Below, in pieces: positions 47,166 through 57,293 of a stretch of 64,000 nt of DNA (its first letter is position 1; every line of letters begins with the position of its first letter). The position numbers were made by a program, and so were the translations under genes. This DNA is from a virus: IMG/VR virus record IMGVR_UViG_3300028654_000012, positions 52,674 through 116,673 of that record. One strand, 5' to 3'. A model generated the notes under the pieces. The model saw nothing but the letters and a program-made list of their open reading frames with translations, had not been told where the DNA came from and made no database searches.

Positions 47166-47456
47166 TTAATTTCCAAAGCTATTCTTATCTTGAGCACAAT
47201 CTAAATCACATCCACAAGTAGGAGGATGTGATTGTCCTTCACGCCAACCACTTTTCTCGTTCTCTTCTTTGACCCAACAGGGGTAACAAAGCTTTAGCCG
47301 GTTGATAGGTACATTCTTATCACAACGAATGCACTTACCTCCTTCTGGAGGCTTACGAGATCTCTTTTTAAGATCCTCGAGGTCTTCTTCCTTTTCGTCT
47401 TCAGGAACGACCTCTTCTTTAACTTCCTCAGCGGGAAGTACTTCTTGTTCACTCAT
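47166..47456 (-). CDS. Acidic/Cys-rich hypothetical protein
   Basis: CIRC..CYPC..CGCDLDC. Confidence 0.55.
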   Translation of the reverse strand: MSEQEVLPAEEVKEEVVPEDEKEEDLEDLKKRSRKPPEGGKCIRCDKNVPINRLKLCYPCWVKEENEKSGWREGQSHPPTCGCDLDCAQDKNSFGN

Positions 47457-47766
47457 TTGGTAGTACCGTTAATAGATGTCGCCTGTTACCTTGATAGGCA
47501 GGTGTACTCATTACAGCTTCTATAAAGTGACCTTTCCATTCAACAAGACATCTTTGAACATGATCCTTGTGCCCGTAGAAGTAATTCCACTCTAAAGTAT
47601 TCAGAGCCTCTTCTAGATCGATAAGCTCTTCTTCAGTACAAGTTATCTGATAACGTTCAAGTAGTCTCTGATGTACATGCTGAGCATGCCTAATTCGGGT
47701 CATCTTTCTTATCGTGTTCTTTTGCATACTGTTCAGCGGCCTTCTCTCTATCATTAGGAGAACCAT
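47449..47766 (-). CDS. Hypothetical protein, RelE/BECR-like pattern
   Basis: HVHQRLLERY..LLTVLP. Confidence 0.45.
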   Translation of the reverse strand: MVLLMIERRPLNSMQKNTIRKMTRIRHAQHVHQRLLERYQITCTEEELIDLEEALNTLEWNYFYGHKDHVQRCLVEWKGHFIEAVMSTPAYQGNRRHLLTVLPNE

Positions 47767-48355
47767 GCCAGGTTAGTTCACAGACTAAATTATTATAGAC
47801 TTCAAGCAATGAAGGGTTATACGACTCAAGCTCTTCAGATTCGATAGTAATAATCTTACCATCGAGTAGCATATTAGTCTCTACCTTGTGCTTGATAGCA
47901 ACTGGATAGCCCTTGATAAGGTTAAGAGGAAGCATTGTTAGGTCGTACGTAATCTTATTACCCTTCTTGTCAAATCCAGTACCGTGAAAGAAGTCAACGA
48001 TCTCTACGGAAGGCTTAACGACCTTCTTAGACTTCTTTCTACCCTTACGAGGTGTAGAACCGTCTTTAACAATAATCAGCTTCTCTAGTTCAAGAACTTT
48101 AAAGGGAGGCATCTTCTTTACAACCAAAGGAGGTAATGCTACCTCTTCGAGGTGTTCATCAAAGCGCCAAAGGATTAAATCGTAGATAGGAGGATAGGCC
48201 TTTAAAACTTCTTCTAATGTAATACCGTCCTCTAAACGCAAAGGCACGCTGGAGAAGTTATTTAGCTCGCTTTTGGTAATGACAGATAAATAGTTATGGT
48301 TCTCATCCCGAGCTTCAAAGGTACCGTTCTTATTTAACTTGATATACTCAATCAT
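47690..48355 (-). CDS. Hypothetical protein
   Basis: Probable start MIEYIKL at 48355. Confidence 0.55.
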   Translation of the reverse strand: MIEYIKLNKNGTFEARDENHNYLSVITKSELNNFSSVPLRLEDGITLEEVLKAYPPIYDLILWRFDEHLEEVALPPLVVKKMPPFKVLELEKLIIVKDGSTPRKGRKKSKKVVKPSVEIVDFFHGTGFDKKGNKITYDLTMLPLNLIKGYPVAIKHKVETNMLLDGKIITIESEELESYNPSLLEVYNNLVCELTWHGSPNDREKAAEQYAKEHDKKDDPN

Positions 48356-48481
48356 GGCCAGATCCTTGGTACTGTACGTACAGTCCACTTCGGATGGTCT
48401 TTCATTAGCTTATCAGCTTCCTCTTTAGAAGAAACGATAGCTATGACCTCTCCCTTCTCATCACTTACAGAGAGTACCATA

Positions 48482-48730
48482 TTATTTCTTTAACCTTACT
48501 ACCCTACCACCTTTGTTTCTAGAACCCGCTTTAAGGGCATCCTCAAGTTCCATATCTAATGGATTATGCTGAATAGCATTATTAGCTAATAATCTAATAC
48601 TACCATACCATTTCTTAAGGTCTTCAATAGAATCTGTTTCAGGGCATGACTCGGCTATAATCTTAAGCGCGAGTTCGTAATGGTCTAAAATATCTTCTTC
48701 TTTCATATTCGCTTCATGTACTGCCCGCAA
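48482..48730 (-). CDS. Hypothetical protein
   Basis: ORF; probable internal start MKEED. Confidence 0.5.
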   Translation of the reverse strand: MRAVHEANMKEEDILDHYELALKIIAESCPETDSIEDLKKWYGSIRLLANNAIQHNPLDMELEDALKAGSRNKGGRVVRLKK

Positions 48731-48837
48731 ACTTCACACGTAGGTTGTGGGGAGCCGTGCATAGGACAATTATCGTTAGGTAAATCTGCTAGATGACAAA
48801 TACAACAAAGCCACTCTTTGTGTTCATGGAGAATCAT
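48703..48837 (-). CDS. LCC-related Cys-rich microprotein (44 aa, not in track)
   Basis: MILHEHKEWLCCICH..CPMHG..CEVCG. Confidence 0.6.
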   Translation of the reverse strand: MILHEHKEWLCCICHLADLPNDNCPMHGSPQPTCEVCGQYMKRI

Positions 48838-49481
48838 TCGATTATCTTTACACTCGGCCATAGACAGTCGAGGTCAGCTCCTATACGTCCACCTGTTGCC
48901 CACTTACCGAGTCTATGGCATCGTACACAGAACTTAGTAGGATCATCCTCAGGAAATTCACATTGCTGGATAGGAATACCGTGCATAGCGTTATACTTTC
49001 GAACTAAGTCTTCCCGCCTATCGCTAATGCTACCTCCCTCATTTGACTGAGGTCCACCTGGCAACATAGCTCTGTTATCCTTCCAGATGATCTCTTGACC
49101 ATTAAATAAAGAGCGTTCGATTTCTTTCTCTTGGAGACCGTACCATCTTTCAAACAGGATCTTACCTGAATCGGCAAGAGGCTGAAGCATGGCCTTGGCC
49201 CTATAAAAATCGGCTCCCTTATCTTTCCATCGGGAAATCAGAGATGGTTCAGGATCATGGCCTCTTATAATAGCTTCATAGGCGACTAAAGTATCCGGAC
49301 CACACTGTTGGTAGATGGGGAGGATCTTAGGAATGTCGTCGCCATTTACTTCTCCAGCGTCGGCAGATGCCCAGTAGAAAGTATCATTAAGGTTAGTTAC
49401 TATCTTAAAAGCATCGCCAAGTATACGTTTATACGCTTCTAACTCAGTCATAAATGCGCATTCCTTTGCTTTGAATCCCAA
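48834..49481 (-). CDS. Hypothetical protein with C-terminal Cys cluster
   Basis: ORF in operon context. Confidence 0.55.
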   Translation of the reverse strand: MGFKAKECAFMTELEAYKRILGDAFKIVTNLNDTFYWASADAGEVNGDDIPKILPIYQQCGPDTLVAYEAIIRGHDPEPSLISRWKDKGADFYRAKAMLQPLADSGKILFERWYGLQEKEIERSLFNGQEIIWKDNRAMLPGGPQSNEGGSISDRREDLVRKYNAMHGIPIQQCEFPEDDPTKFCVRCHRLGKWATGGRIGADLDCLWPSVKIIE

Positions 49482-49536
49482 ACTAGCGTCTTAGTATAAT
49501 ACACTTCTCAACGCTTGATGAATCGCATTGTCGCTT

Positions 49537-49848
49537 CTAAAGGTTGTCCAGAATCTTCTTAAGGTCCTCTTTAGTTTTCAAACCAATAGACTGAGCGACT
49601 ACCTTACCATCTTTAAAGATGAGGACCGTAGGAATGCTCATAATCTTATGATCAGTCACTACCCTAAACTGTTCATCAGTATTAATCTTAGTGAACTTAA
49701 CTTTACCAGCATAGCTTGTCTCTAGATCCTCTAAGATAGGAGACAGAGCTCTGCAGGGTCCACACCAGGGCGCCCAAAAATCTACTAGAGTAGGAAGGGG
49801 CTCTTGGAGTACTTCTTTTTCAAAAGAGTCATCAGTTAGTTCTACCAT
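49537..49848 (-). CDS. trxA: Thioredoxin
   Basis: VDFWAPWCGPCR, SIPT. Confidence 0.96.
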   Translation of the reverse strand: MVELTDDSFEKEVLQEPLPTLVDFWAPWCGPCRALSPILEDLETSYAGKVKFTKINTDEQFRVVTDHKIMSIPTVLIFKDGKVVAQSIGLKTKEDLKKILDNL

Positions 49849-49849
49849 T

Positions 49850-50716
49850 TTACTTCCTCAGAGTCCAGAAGTCATTTGCTAAGCCTGGATTAGTCATGTA
49901 CGCATAAGGCATATAGAAGTATCCTTTATCGCCCCAGTCAGTGCCCCAGCTATTACGAACGATAAACACTTGCCGCTTATCATCATAGCCTACGCACATA
50001 ACAGCGTGACCACCTTGTTCAACATCTCGTACCTGGGGTAAAGGCATCAGCCCAGTTGCAGCTACCTTAGCACTTTCAAATGAAGCATAGACAGTAAATC
50101 CAAACACAAAGGGAAACCCTTGGGCCAAACAGCTCTTGAGTGCTTGAACATCTCTTCCATTTAAGGACTGGTAACTACTAATCTTATGATTCAGTGCTTC
50201 AGTATAGCTTGCTTGAGGAGGGACATGAAAAGCAAAAGCTACATTGTAAGGCCAAGTAGTTTCAGAGCAAGCTCCTACGGTAGCTAAAGATTTAATACCA
50301 TCACGTAACTGGGCACCATTATCTTCAGAAGTATCTCCTTCAATTACTCTCTCATTCCAATAGATAAACAATCTACTAAACGGAGTAAAGCCGGGTAGGC
50401 TGAATTCTTCAGGGTCACTCTTATCACCCTCAGCCTGCTCTAGTAACTCTAAAAATCCTAGAGCCCCTGCCAGGGAGTTAGCTGTACACGAACCTAAGTC
50501 ACCTTGATTTACAATCGGAGGGCACTTAGATCTTAGGTCAACTGAAGCAGGTAGTTGTCCTGGAGTATAGGTAAACTTTAAGTCTCTCGCATCAGGTACA
50601 TCTCGTTTCCAATTGTATTTGCGCTTAATTAATACTATAGCATCTTCAGTTAGATTTTTTACTAACCAAATAGCAAGAACTGCGACAGTCGTATAAGCTA
50701 ATATTGTTAGATCCAT
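49850..50716 (-). CDS. Papain-like C1 cysteine protease with N-terminal membrane anchor
   Basis: QGDLGSC, GGHAV, RNSWG; hydrophobic N-terminus. Confidence 0.92.
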   Translation of the reverse strand: MDLTILAYTTVAVLAIWLVKNLTEDAIVLIKRKYNWKRDVPDARDLKFTYTPGQLPASVDLRSKCPPIVNQGDLGSCTANSLAGALGFLELLEQAEGDKSDPEEFSLPGFTPFSRLFIYWNERVIEGDTSEDNGAQLRDGIKSLATVGACSETTWPYNVAFAFHVPPQASYTEALNHKISSYQSLNGRDVQALKSCLAQGFPFVFGFTVYASFESAKVAATGLMPLPQVRDVEQGGHAVMCVGYDDKRQVFIVRNSWGTDWGDKGYFYMPYAYMTNPGLANDFWTLRK

Positions 50717-51829
50717 TTATTCATCCCTCAGTGCCTTCCAGATAGGGAATCTTAACGATCCATCTGGAGTGTAATTTTGAAATTGTACAGTAGCCATCTT
50801 ACCAATAAAGTTCTTACGATTCTGCCACATCTCCGCCTTCTCCTCTAAAGTTACAGCAGGAGAAGCTTTAAACTGACGCTTAGTGCCATCGTTTAGTTCA
50901 CAGAAGAAGGCCCCTACACATCCCATTAGCTTACCGCTACCCTCTTCTACGTCTACGATCTTAAATTCAGCATCTTGGAAGGTCTTAACTTTTAGTAAGC
51001 CAGAGCTCCGCTTATTCTCATAGAGGCCCTTCTCATTACGGTACATACAGCCCTCATAGCCCCTATCAATACAATCCATCTGGTAGGCTTCTAAAGCTTC
51101 CCGAGATTCCACTCTAATAGTTTCTACAGGTACGCAGTACGAAGCTTTCCGTAGGAGACTCAGAGGAGTTGTACGATCGAAATAGGTGCCTTCGGCTACC
51201 ACATCGTAGACATGGTACTCTACTAAGATATGATCAGGATGTACATCATCTCTCTTGATAAGAGATGTAATTCTATTAAAGTCCTTTTTAAACTTATGGT
51301 TATAAAGTTCACCATCAAGAACAATGTTCTTCTTAGAGGCGAACACCTTTTCAATCTCGGCTACGATATGAGGAAGGGCAGTATACTCTTTTTGAGTACG
51401 AGAGTATAATCTTACTTTACCATCTTTCATTATGGCGATACATCTAAGTCCATCTAACTTGGGCTGTGCTGATGCGGGGAAGACGACATACTTCTCCTTA
51501 TCTTCAATTCTGTGAGCGAGCATAGGTTCTACAGCATCTAAGGTGTTCTTAGTAGAAGCAGCGAGCTTAATATCTTCTACATACCCTTCTTTCAGCTTAC
51601 CATCAAAAGACTGCTGAGCTTCTGCCTGAGCCTGGGTTTCCGGAGTCGTTGCATTAGAGCGACCCAGATTCTTTCCAGCCTTGACTACATCCGTAGTAGT
51701 CTGAAGCTTACCGTCCTTCAGACCATAGACGGTAGTGACAGCATTACCTGAGACTGAGATAGTCCACTGTTGGATTTTTCCCTTAGAAGTCTGCTTATAC
51801 AACGTAGGAAACTTATTCATAGTAATCAT
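50717..51829 (-). CDS. ATP-dependent DNA ligase with N-terminal WGR-like domain
   Basis: QPKLDGLRC, LDGELY, EGCM, LLKVK, LRFP. Confidence 0.92.
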   Translation of the reverse strand: MITMNKFPTLYKQTSKGKIQQWTISVSGNAVTTVYGLKDGKLQTTTDVVKAGKNLGRSNATTPETQAQAEAQQSFDGKLKEGYVEDIKLAASTKNTLDAVEPMLAHRIEDKEKYVVFPASAQPKLDGLRCIAIMKDGKVRLYSRTQKEYTALPHIVAEIEKVFASKKNIVLDGELYNHKFKKDFNRITSLIKRDDVHPDHILVEYHVYDVVAEGTYFDRTTPLSLLRKASYCVPVETIRVESREALEAYQMDCIDRGYEGCMYRNEKGLYENKRSSGLLKVKTFQDAEFKIVDVEEGSGKLMGCVGAFFCELNDGTKRQFKASPAVTLEEKAEMWQNRKNFIGKMATVQFQNYTPDGSLRFPIWKALRDE

Positions 51830-52065
51830 TTAGTTTTTATATTCCACACAGTATATATAGATAAAGGCAAACCGTTTTTCTTTTCGGGCCAAAGTTCTAT
51901 CTTTGTTTCAGAACACATCGCCGAATCATCTAGCCCTAATATATGGAAGTTTCTAGTTTCAGAAGGGGAAGCGAGACGGACTTGAAAACAATGTTCACAT
52001 TCCTGGAAGCCACACGCTCTGCAGTCGTAACAAGGCTGTAAAGTACAGCAGAGTTTATTAGTCAT
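51826..52065 (-). CDS. LCC-family Cys-rich microprotein
   Basis: MTNKLCCTLQPCYDCRACGFQECEHC. Confidence 0.7.
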   Translation of the reverse strand: MTNKLCCTLQPCYDCRACGFQECEHCFQVRLASPSETRNFHILGLDDSAMCSETKIELWPEKKNGLPLSIYTVWNIKTK

Positions 52066-52073
52066 TACGCCTC

Positions 52074-52817
52074 TTAGGTTAAGATTACAGGTCCTGTAGC
52101 TGTGATAGCTACGGTATGTTCGAAATGGGCTGACAGACTATTGTCTGTCGATACAACTGTCCACCCGTCTTTAAGAATTCTAAAACCACCTAGCCCGAGA
52201 AGAGCCATAGGTTCGATAGCTAGAACCATTCCTTCTTCAATTAGTTCTCCCGTATGAGGAAGACCTACATTACTTATATAAGGACGTTCATGTAATTCTT
52301 TACCAATTCCATGACCTCCAAATTCAGGTATGAGTGCTAGGCCATGAAACTCTGCTTCTATTTGAATAGCGTTTGAAATATCTCCAATATGGTTACCTGG
52401 TTTAGCTTCCGCTATCCCTGCCATAAGAGCACTCTCTGTACCTTTAAGTAGTCGATCTACTGCGGGGTCCACCCGTTGACCCACGACAAAGGTAATAGCT
52501 GAGTCTGCGTTATACCCTTCTACAGTAGCTGCTAGATCTAAACTTACAAGATCTCCATTGTTAATCTTTCGATTACCTGGAACGCCATGGATAATTTCTT
52601 CATTGACAGAAATGCAAATAGATCCAGGAAATCCTTTGTAGCCTAGAAGAACAGGAGTTGCGTTAAATAGTTTTAGTAGTTCACGAGTTCTAAAGTCTAG
52701 ATCTCGAGTAGTCATCCCAACTTTGGTATCCTGATGTAGAAGATCTAAAGTAGTGTGGACTACTACCCCCGCCCTTACAATCTTTTCAATTTCATCAGGC
52801 GATTTAATTAGTCCCAT
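52074..52817 (-). CDS. map: Methionine aminopeptidase type I
   Basis: SVNEEIIHG, SLDLA, DSA, GHGIG..LHE, AIEPM, SAHFEHT. Confidence 0.95.
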   Translation of the reverse strand: MGLIKSPDEIEKIVRAGVVVHTTLDLLHQDTKVGMTTRDLDFRTRELLKLFNATPVLLGYKGFPGSICISVNEEIIHGVPGNRKINNGDLVSLDLAATVEGYNADSAITFVVGQRVDPAVDRLLKGTESALMAGIAEAKPGNHIGDISNAIQIEAEFHGLALIPEFGGHGIGKELHERPYISNVGLPHTGELIEEGMVLAIEPMALLGLGGFRILKDGWTVVSTDNSLSAHFEHTVAITATGPVILT

Positions 52818-53295
52818 TCATAGACTCCATTAGTTTTAAATAGAAGGCCAACTCAGGTCTATGGACTGATTCGTCACTCTTATCATAACGATTCTGTAGA
52901 CTCTTATATACCCGATCAAACTCTTCTTTAGGAGCACCATGAAGATCATCTACCATAGTAGATCTACTATCGGGAGATACTTTAGATTTGTCCATAGTAG
53001 CAAACTTCTTAGACAATCTTTCCCGAAAAGCTTTAATAATCTCATCCCTACTTTCTAAGTCAGCTAGCCTAGCTTTATCTTTTAAAATTGTTCGCTGCCC
53101 ACTAAATCCCATTCGAGTGGCCGAAAGAAGATTTAGAACTCTCCAAACTTTATTAACATCTTCCTGGTCCTCAAGATAATCACTGAGTCTAGTAATACTC
53201 TTCTCAGTCGTATCTAAGGTGGAGAAGTCCATAGATGTCCTAAGAGACTGCCATTTAAAATTATATAAGACCAGCTTAAAGGGGTCTAAGCTCAC
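52804..53295 (-). CDS. Hypothetical protein
   Basis: ORF in operon context. Confidence 0.55.
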   Translation of the reverse strand: MSLDPFKLVLYNFKWQSLRTSMDFSTLDTTEKSITRLSDYLEDQEDVNKVWRVLNLLSATRMGFSGQRTILKDKARLADLESRDEIIKAFRERLSKKFATMDKSKVSPDSRSTMVDDLHGAPKEEFDRVYKSLQNRYDKSDESVHRPELAFYLKLMESMNGTN

Positions 53296-53576
53296 AGCAT
53301 CATCTCTCTTCCTATAGAGACAGGAATTTTAAATGACTTGGTGAATTCGTCATAACAAGGTTCACAAAGATGAAATTCATGGACCTCTGTATCTTTTGGA
53401 GACCCGTATCCCCAAGAATGATTAGCTTCAAAATAGGAAACTCCCCAAGCTACAGGTAGTCCATGATTATCTCTTTCAGCGGTTTCTGCGTTCCAAATTG
53501 TAGTGCTACACTTGTTACAAGTTAATTTAGAAGGATAATCTATTTCTAGTCGCTGCATTACTTTAGTCTCTTTCAT
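53292..53576 (-). CDS. Zn-finger hypothetical protein
   Basis: CNKC..HLCEPC. Confidence 0.6.
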   Translation of the reverse strand: MKETKVMQRLEIDYPSKLTCNKCSTTIWNAETAERDNHGLPVAWGVSYFEANHSWGYGSPKDTEVHEFHLCEPCYDEFTKSFKIPVSIGREMML

Positions 53577-53736
53577 TCAAATACTTCCTATAGATCAAAT
53601 ATGAAAATCGTAGGGTAATCCCTGCTTGAATTAATACAAGTATTACGAATGTGTTGGAGGGCTCAATTGCATATACAGTAATGTATATCGCTAAAAGCAG
53701 CCAGAGAGGTAGGATAGGAGGTAGGATTTTACGCAC
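53563..53736 (-). CDS. 57-aa two-TM microprotein (not in track)
   Basis: MRKILPPILPLWLLLAIYITVYAIEPSNTFVILVLIQAGITL.. Confidence 0.5.
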   Translation of the reverse strand: MRKILPPILPLWLLLAIYITVYAIEPSNTFVILVLIQAGITLRFSYLIYRKYLNERD

Positions 53737-53737
53737 T

Positions 53738-53881
53738 TTAGTTTCGGAGGGGTTGTACTATTGCTTGAAAACAATGATACAGTCCGGCGGCTAATAGAGC
53801 TACGACGGCCATGCCCACGATCACTACGGCTATTAGCTGCGGAGGAACTGCATTCAACATTTTTGAGAAGAATGATTTCAT
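53738..53881 (-). CDS. 47-aa single-TM microprotein (not in track)
   Basis: MKSFFSKMLNAVPPQLIAVVIVGMAVVALLAAGLYHCFQ.. Confidence 0.55.
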   Translation of the reverse strand: MKSFFSKMLNAVPPQLIAVVIVGMAVVALLAAGLYHCFQAIVQPLRN

Positions 53882-53911
53882 GAAGAGCCTGCCTATGTAT
53901 AAGAAACATCC

Positions 53912-54256
53912 CTATAATATAATCTTCAAAGGCTTACCTGCCTTGCGTGTTAAGTCAATAGTACTGGCCGTTCCTTTCGATTCTTTGTCCCAAAAAGCCA
54001 CTACCTCATCAGCTGTTTCTACGATTAAGGCATTACGTATTGGGCCGGCGGCTAGACCAAACGTTTTCCAGTCGGGAAGAAAAATTTCTGTAGGCATACC
54101 TCTCTCTAAGGCAGCTGCTTCCGCAATCTGGTCGACACCTAATGCCCGCCCACTCACTATGACAGTATCTATAGGGAGAGAGTAGACATATTCTTTAACC
54201 AGAGATAGCTCTCTAAACTTACGACTACCTACGATAGCAACCTTCTTAGGTACCAT
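53912..54256 (-). CDS. SLOG-family (YspA/DUF2493-like) protein
   Basis: VAIVGSR, IVSGRALGVD, AGPIRN, FWD..SKGT. Confidence 0.85.
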   Translation of the reverse strand: MVPKKVAIVGSRKFRELSLVKEYVYSLPIDTVIVSGRALGVDQIAEAAALERGMPTEIFLPDWKTFGLAAGPIRNALIVETADEVVAFWDKESKGTASTIDLTRKAGKPLKIIL

Positions 54257-54258
54257 AC

Positions 54259-54588
54259 TTAGCTCTTAGACTCCGCAGTTCTCCGACGCCGACGAGTTCT
54301 TGGAGTAGACTCTTCTTGTTTTTGCTCAGCCACCTTCTCGGTGTGTTCAAATACTTCGCCGTCGGCAAACACAGTTCTAGTCTTGTTGTCGGGATGAGGT
54401 GCAATATGGATACTCATAAACAGACCGAATGAATCAAAGACAGCAGTACTATGTCCTGGAGACGTCTGAGATAGCCACCGTATAATACATTCTCCGTCGC
54501 TAAATACACAGCCTTCTAATACTTTGCCAGAGCCGCTGATACCTGTTTCATCATCGAGTCTAAACAATTCGAACGTTCGTATAGGCAT
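54259..54588 (-). CDS. Conserved phage hypothetical protein
   Basis: DETGISGSG..EG..FSDG..RW pattern recognised from other phages; no function known to me. Confidence 0.6.
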   Translation of the reverse strand: MPIRTFELFRLDDETGISGSGKVLEGCVFSDGECIIRWLSQTSPGHSTAVFDSFGLFMSIHIAPHPDNKTRTVFADGEVFEHTEKVAEQKQEESTPRTRRRRRTAESKS

Positions 54589-54598
54589 AACAACTCCA

Positions 54599-54907
54599 TT
54601 ATTTAATAAACTTCAAAGCACGTTTAACTAAACCATCTCGATCAAAATCTAACATATCATCCCAGTACTTGTGAGGGATCATATTTTGAATCTCAGCAAG
54701 TAGGAAATCCTGTTCAGATCGGGACTTATCACTTAGATCCCACTTCTCCCTACCTCTTAGCAAGCACCTAGTCAGCTTATCCTTATCTTCCTTTTGAGTA
54801 CGAGTCTTCTTCCAAGTGTCATAAGAATCTTTAATTAAAAGACCTATGACAATAGTTAACCCGCTGCCAACAGTATTAGCAATCCACTTTAATGCGCTAG
54901 CAATCAT
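54599..54907 (-). CDS. Membrane-anchored hypothetical protein
   Basis: Hydrophobic N-terminus. Confidence 0.55.
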   Translation of the reverse strand: MIASALKWIANTVGSGLTIVIGLLIKDSYDTWKKTRTQKEDKDKLTRCLLRGREKWDLSDKSRSEQDFLLAEIQNMIPHKYWDDMLDFDRDGLVKRALKFIK

Positions 54908-55965
54908 CTTAATCCATGAGGGATGGACTCATTCCATCCTGCAGTAGTAATTTTTACAAATTCGGCACGCTCTTGTAGCTGCTTAATATCAAAAGCCCCG
55001 CAATAGCTCATACCTGAGCGTAGACCACCCATGAGTTGATTGAGTACCTCATCCACAGGACCTTTATAAGGCACCGCAGTCTCTACTCCCTCAGGGATGA
55101 TGTCTTCGACCGCTAAAGCCTTACCTTCCTTCTGTGTACGAGTAACATTAGCCTCGAAAGAAGCCATACCTCTATAAATTTTATACTTAATCCCATTTCT
55201 ATTAGAAATAAGACCTGGACTCTCATATGTCCCTGCCAGCAGGCTTCCTAGCATCACAGTAGAAGCTCCCGCAGCTAAGGCTTTGGTAATGTCGCCCGAA
55301 CTCTTAATACCCCCGTCAGCAATGATAGGGATTCTAATTCTAGGTTCAAGATCGCCGCTACCTTTTAGAATAGCAATATCCATCAAGGCAGACAGTTGCG
55401 GAACTCCGCAACCAGTTACTATACGAGTAGAGCACGTTGCCCCTGGGCCAATGCCTACCTTTACTCCGTCAGCACCTGCATTAGCAAAGTCTTCGGCACC
55501 TTGCTGTGTCGCAACGTTTCCTCCGACTACATCCATCTTAGGCCAGCGCTTCTTCAGATCGGTTACAATTTTAAGAACATGAGCGGCATGCCCATGAGCT
55601 ACGTCTACCACTAGTACGTCTACACCTGCAGCGATAAGCTTTTCACTTCTCTTGAGATAGTCCTTAACCCCAATAGCTGCCCCTACCTGTAAATCTTTAC
55701 CATACTTCTTTACAAACTTCACTTCATCTACTTGTTCTTGAATGGTTAGGAACCGATGAATAATACCTAGACCTCCTACTCTAGCGAGAGCAAGAGCCAT
55801 AGGTCCCGTAGTAACAGTATCCATGTTTGCGGACACTACAGGTATCTTTAGTACTACGTTAGTAGAAAATAAAGTCCCTAGACGTATATCTCTACGGGAT
55901 CTTACTTCCGAAAACTTAGGTACAAGTAATACGTCGTCGTAGGATAGTGCTTCGTGGATTAGCAT
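54904..55965 (-). CDS. IMPDH/GMP reductase family enzyme without CBS domains
   Basis: [44 protein letters not shown]. Confidence 0.9.
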   Translation of the reverse strand: MLIHEALSYDDVLLVPKFSEVRSRRDIRLGTLFSTNVVLKIPVVSANMDTVTTGPMALALARVGGLGIIHRFLTIQEQVDEVKFVKKYGKDLQVGAAIGVKDYLKRSEKLIAAGVDVLVVDVAHGHAAHVLKIVTDLKKRWPKMDVVGGNVATQQGAEDFANAGADGVKVGIGPGATCSTRIVTGCGVPQLSALMDIAILKGSGDLEPRIRIPIIADGGIKSSGDITKALAAGASTVMLGSLLAGTYESPGLISNRNGIKYKIYRGMASFEANVTRTQKEGKALAVEDIIPEGVETAVPYKGPVDEVLNQLMGGLRSGMSYCGAFDIKQLQERAEFVKITTAGWNESIPHGLR

Positions 55966-56303
55966 TAGAGCTCCGCATCCTGGACAAATTTACTAAGGTT
56001 CTTAATCATTCGGCCGTACTCCTTAGGGAAGGAACTGTGAGTTTCCTTTTCTTTCTGTAGACGAACTAAACAGTTCTTTGCTACCTTCACTAGGTCTTCA
56101 TTAAATTTAAAACAATACTCTTTAGAAGGGATGATTACTTCTTCAAAGAAGAGAGCTACATTCACTGCCCCACTCGTGTTCCATTCCCCATTATGGTGAG
56201 GTAGATCTTTAGCTAGAACTTTGCTTACCGCTTCAGCTACTGAATGAGCTAAGTCAGCTGCCATATCTGACTCACCCACATGATTCATTCCCATAAATCC
56301 CAT
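55965..56303 (-). CDS. Hypothetical protein
   Basis: GAGG RBS; ORF in tightly packed block. Confidence 0.55.
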   Translation of the reverse strand: MGFMGMNHVGESDMAADLAHSVAEAVSKVLAKDLPHHNGEWNTSGAVNVALFFEEVIIPSKEYCFKFNEDLVKVAKNCLVRLQKEKETHSSFPKEYGRMIKNLSKFVQDAEL

Positions 56304-56312
56304 AATAGTTCC

Positions 56313-56726
56313 TCAGACCTTAACTATCCTCACCGACTCATATTCATATCCTTCATCACTTCTCAGATGAATGAGACTCTTCATAGAAGAAAGATTACCC
56401 TCTTTAGCTTCCTTATAAAGTTTCACTTGACGCTCAACTTTATGAAGTTCATTAGAACCGTAAAGGGATAACTTGTTCTCCACAAAGTTATTGAATTCCC
56501 TTTTAAGGAATTCGTCTTTAAATTCAAAGGATGCTAAATGCGTTTTGAGAGCCTGTAGATCTGTTCTTACAGCGTTTACTTCTAAAAGATTGGTTTCCAA
56601 CTCACAATAATACCCATCGCTATCCATAATCTTAAAGAGTTCTTTATAAGCCTTTTCTTCTAAAGGTAAAGCTGAAACGTCCCAAAATTGCTCGTCATGT
56701 TTACTATCCCACTTTAATAGTTTCAT
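56313..56726 (-). CDS. Hypothetical protein
   Basis: ATGA-coupled ORF. Confidence 0.55.
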   Translation of the reverse strand: MKLLKWDSKHDEQFWDVSALPLEEKAYKELFKIMDSDGYYCELETNLLEVNAVRTDLQALKTHLASFEFKDEFLKREFNNFVENKLSLYGSNELHKVERQVKLYKEAKEGNLSSMKSLIHLRSDEGYEYESVRIVKV

Positions 56727-57094
56727 ACAGGACTCGTTATTTTTAATTTCTTACAGAGACGCTTGAGTTCCGCTAATTCATTCTCTTTACGCTTAGTCGC
56801 GATAAGCTGTCTAGCTACCTTAGCTCGTTTGGACTGCTCTAGACGATGAGCTCTTTCTTCAGCGGTCTCATCTCGATAACCCCAAACCGTTAGAACGCAA
56901 TTATAATCATCGCGATCTATATCGATTACAAAGTCACTCATTGACCGATCGTGCTGGGTAGCTTTCCGAGCAGCTTCTCCAAGCTTAGACGCGAGGCTAT
57001 CCAAAGATATACCATGCCAGCTATCAACGTCTTCTTTGAAAATTTCTACCTGACGCCTTGTAGGCTTATTCTTTTTTGTCATTGAGAGTACCAT
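56723..57094 (-). CDS. Hypothetical protein
   Basis: ORF in block. Confidence 0.55.
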   Translation of the reverse strand: MVLSMTKKNKPTRRQVEIFKEDVDSWHGISLDSLASKLGEAARKATQHDRSMSDFVIDIDRDDYNCVLTVWGYRDETAEERAHRLEQSKRAKVARQLIATKRKENELAELKRLCKKLKITSPV

Positions 57095-57293
57095 CTATCA
57101 TAGATTGAATTACACCGGCCGTATCTTTACGTAACTGGTCTAGTCCGCAAGAGCAGACCCCTTTTAGTTTAAGGAAGTCACATTCGGGTTTATGTGTAAA
57201 GCCTACCAAGACCTTCTGCATAAGTGATACGAGATCACCTACTTTTAAAGTCTTAAGGTCAGGAGTTTTCGCCTTCTCTTCCATAGTCCTCAT
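57066..57293 (-). CDS. Hypothetical protein
   Basis: H..C..CSC motif. Confidence 0.5.
   Translation of the reverse strand: MRTMEEKAKTPDLKTLKVGDLVSLMQKVLVGFTHKPECDFLKLKGVCSCGLDQLRKDTAGVIQSMIDGTLNDKKE

Noticed and set aside
53691-53909. 72-aa ORF from the track
   Set aside because: Ser/Arg-rich off-frame read; two overlapping hydrophobic ORFs fit better
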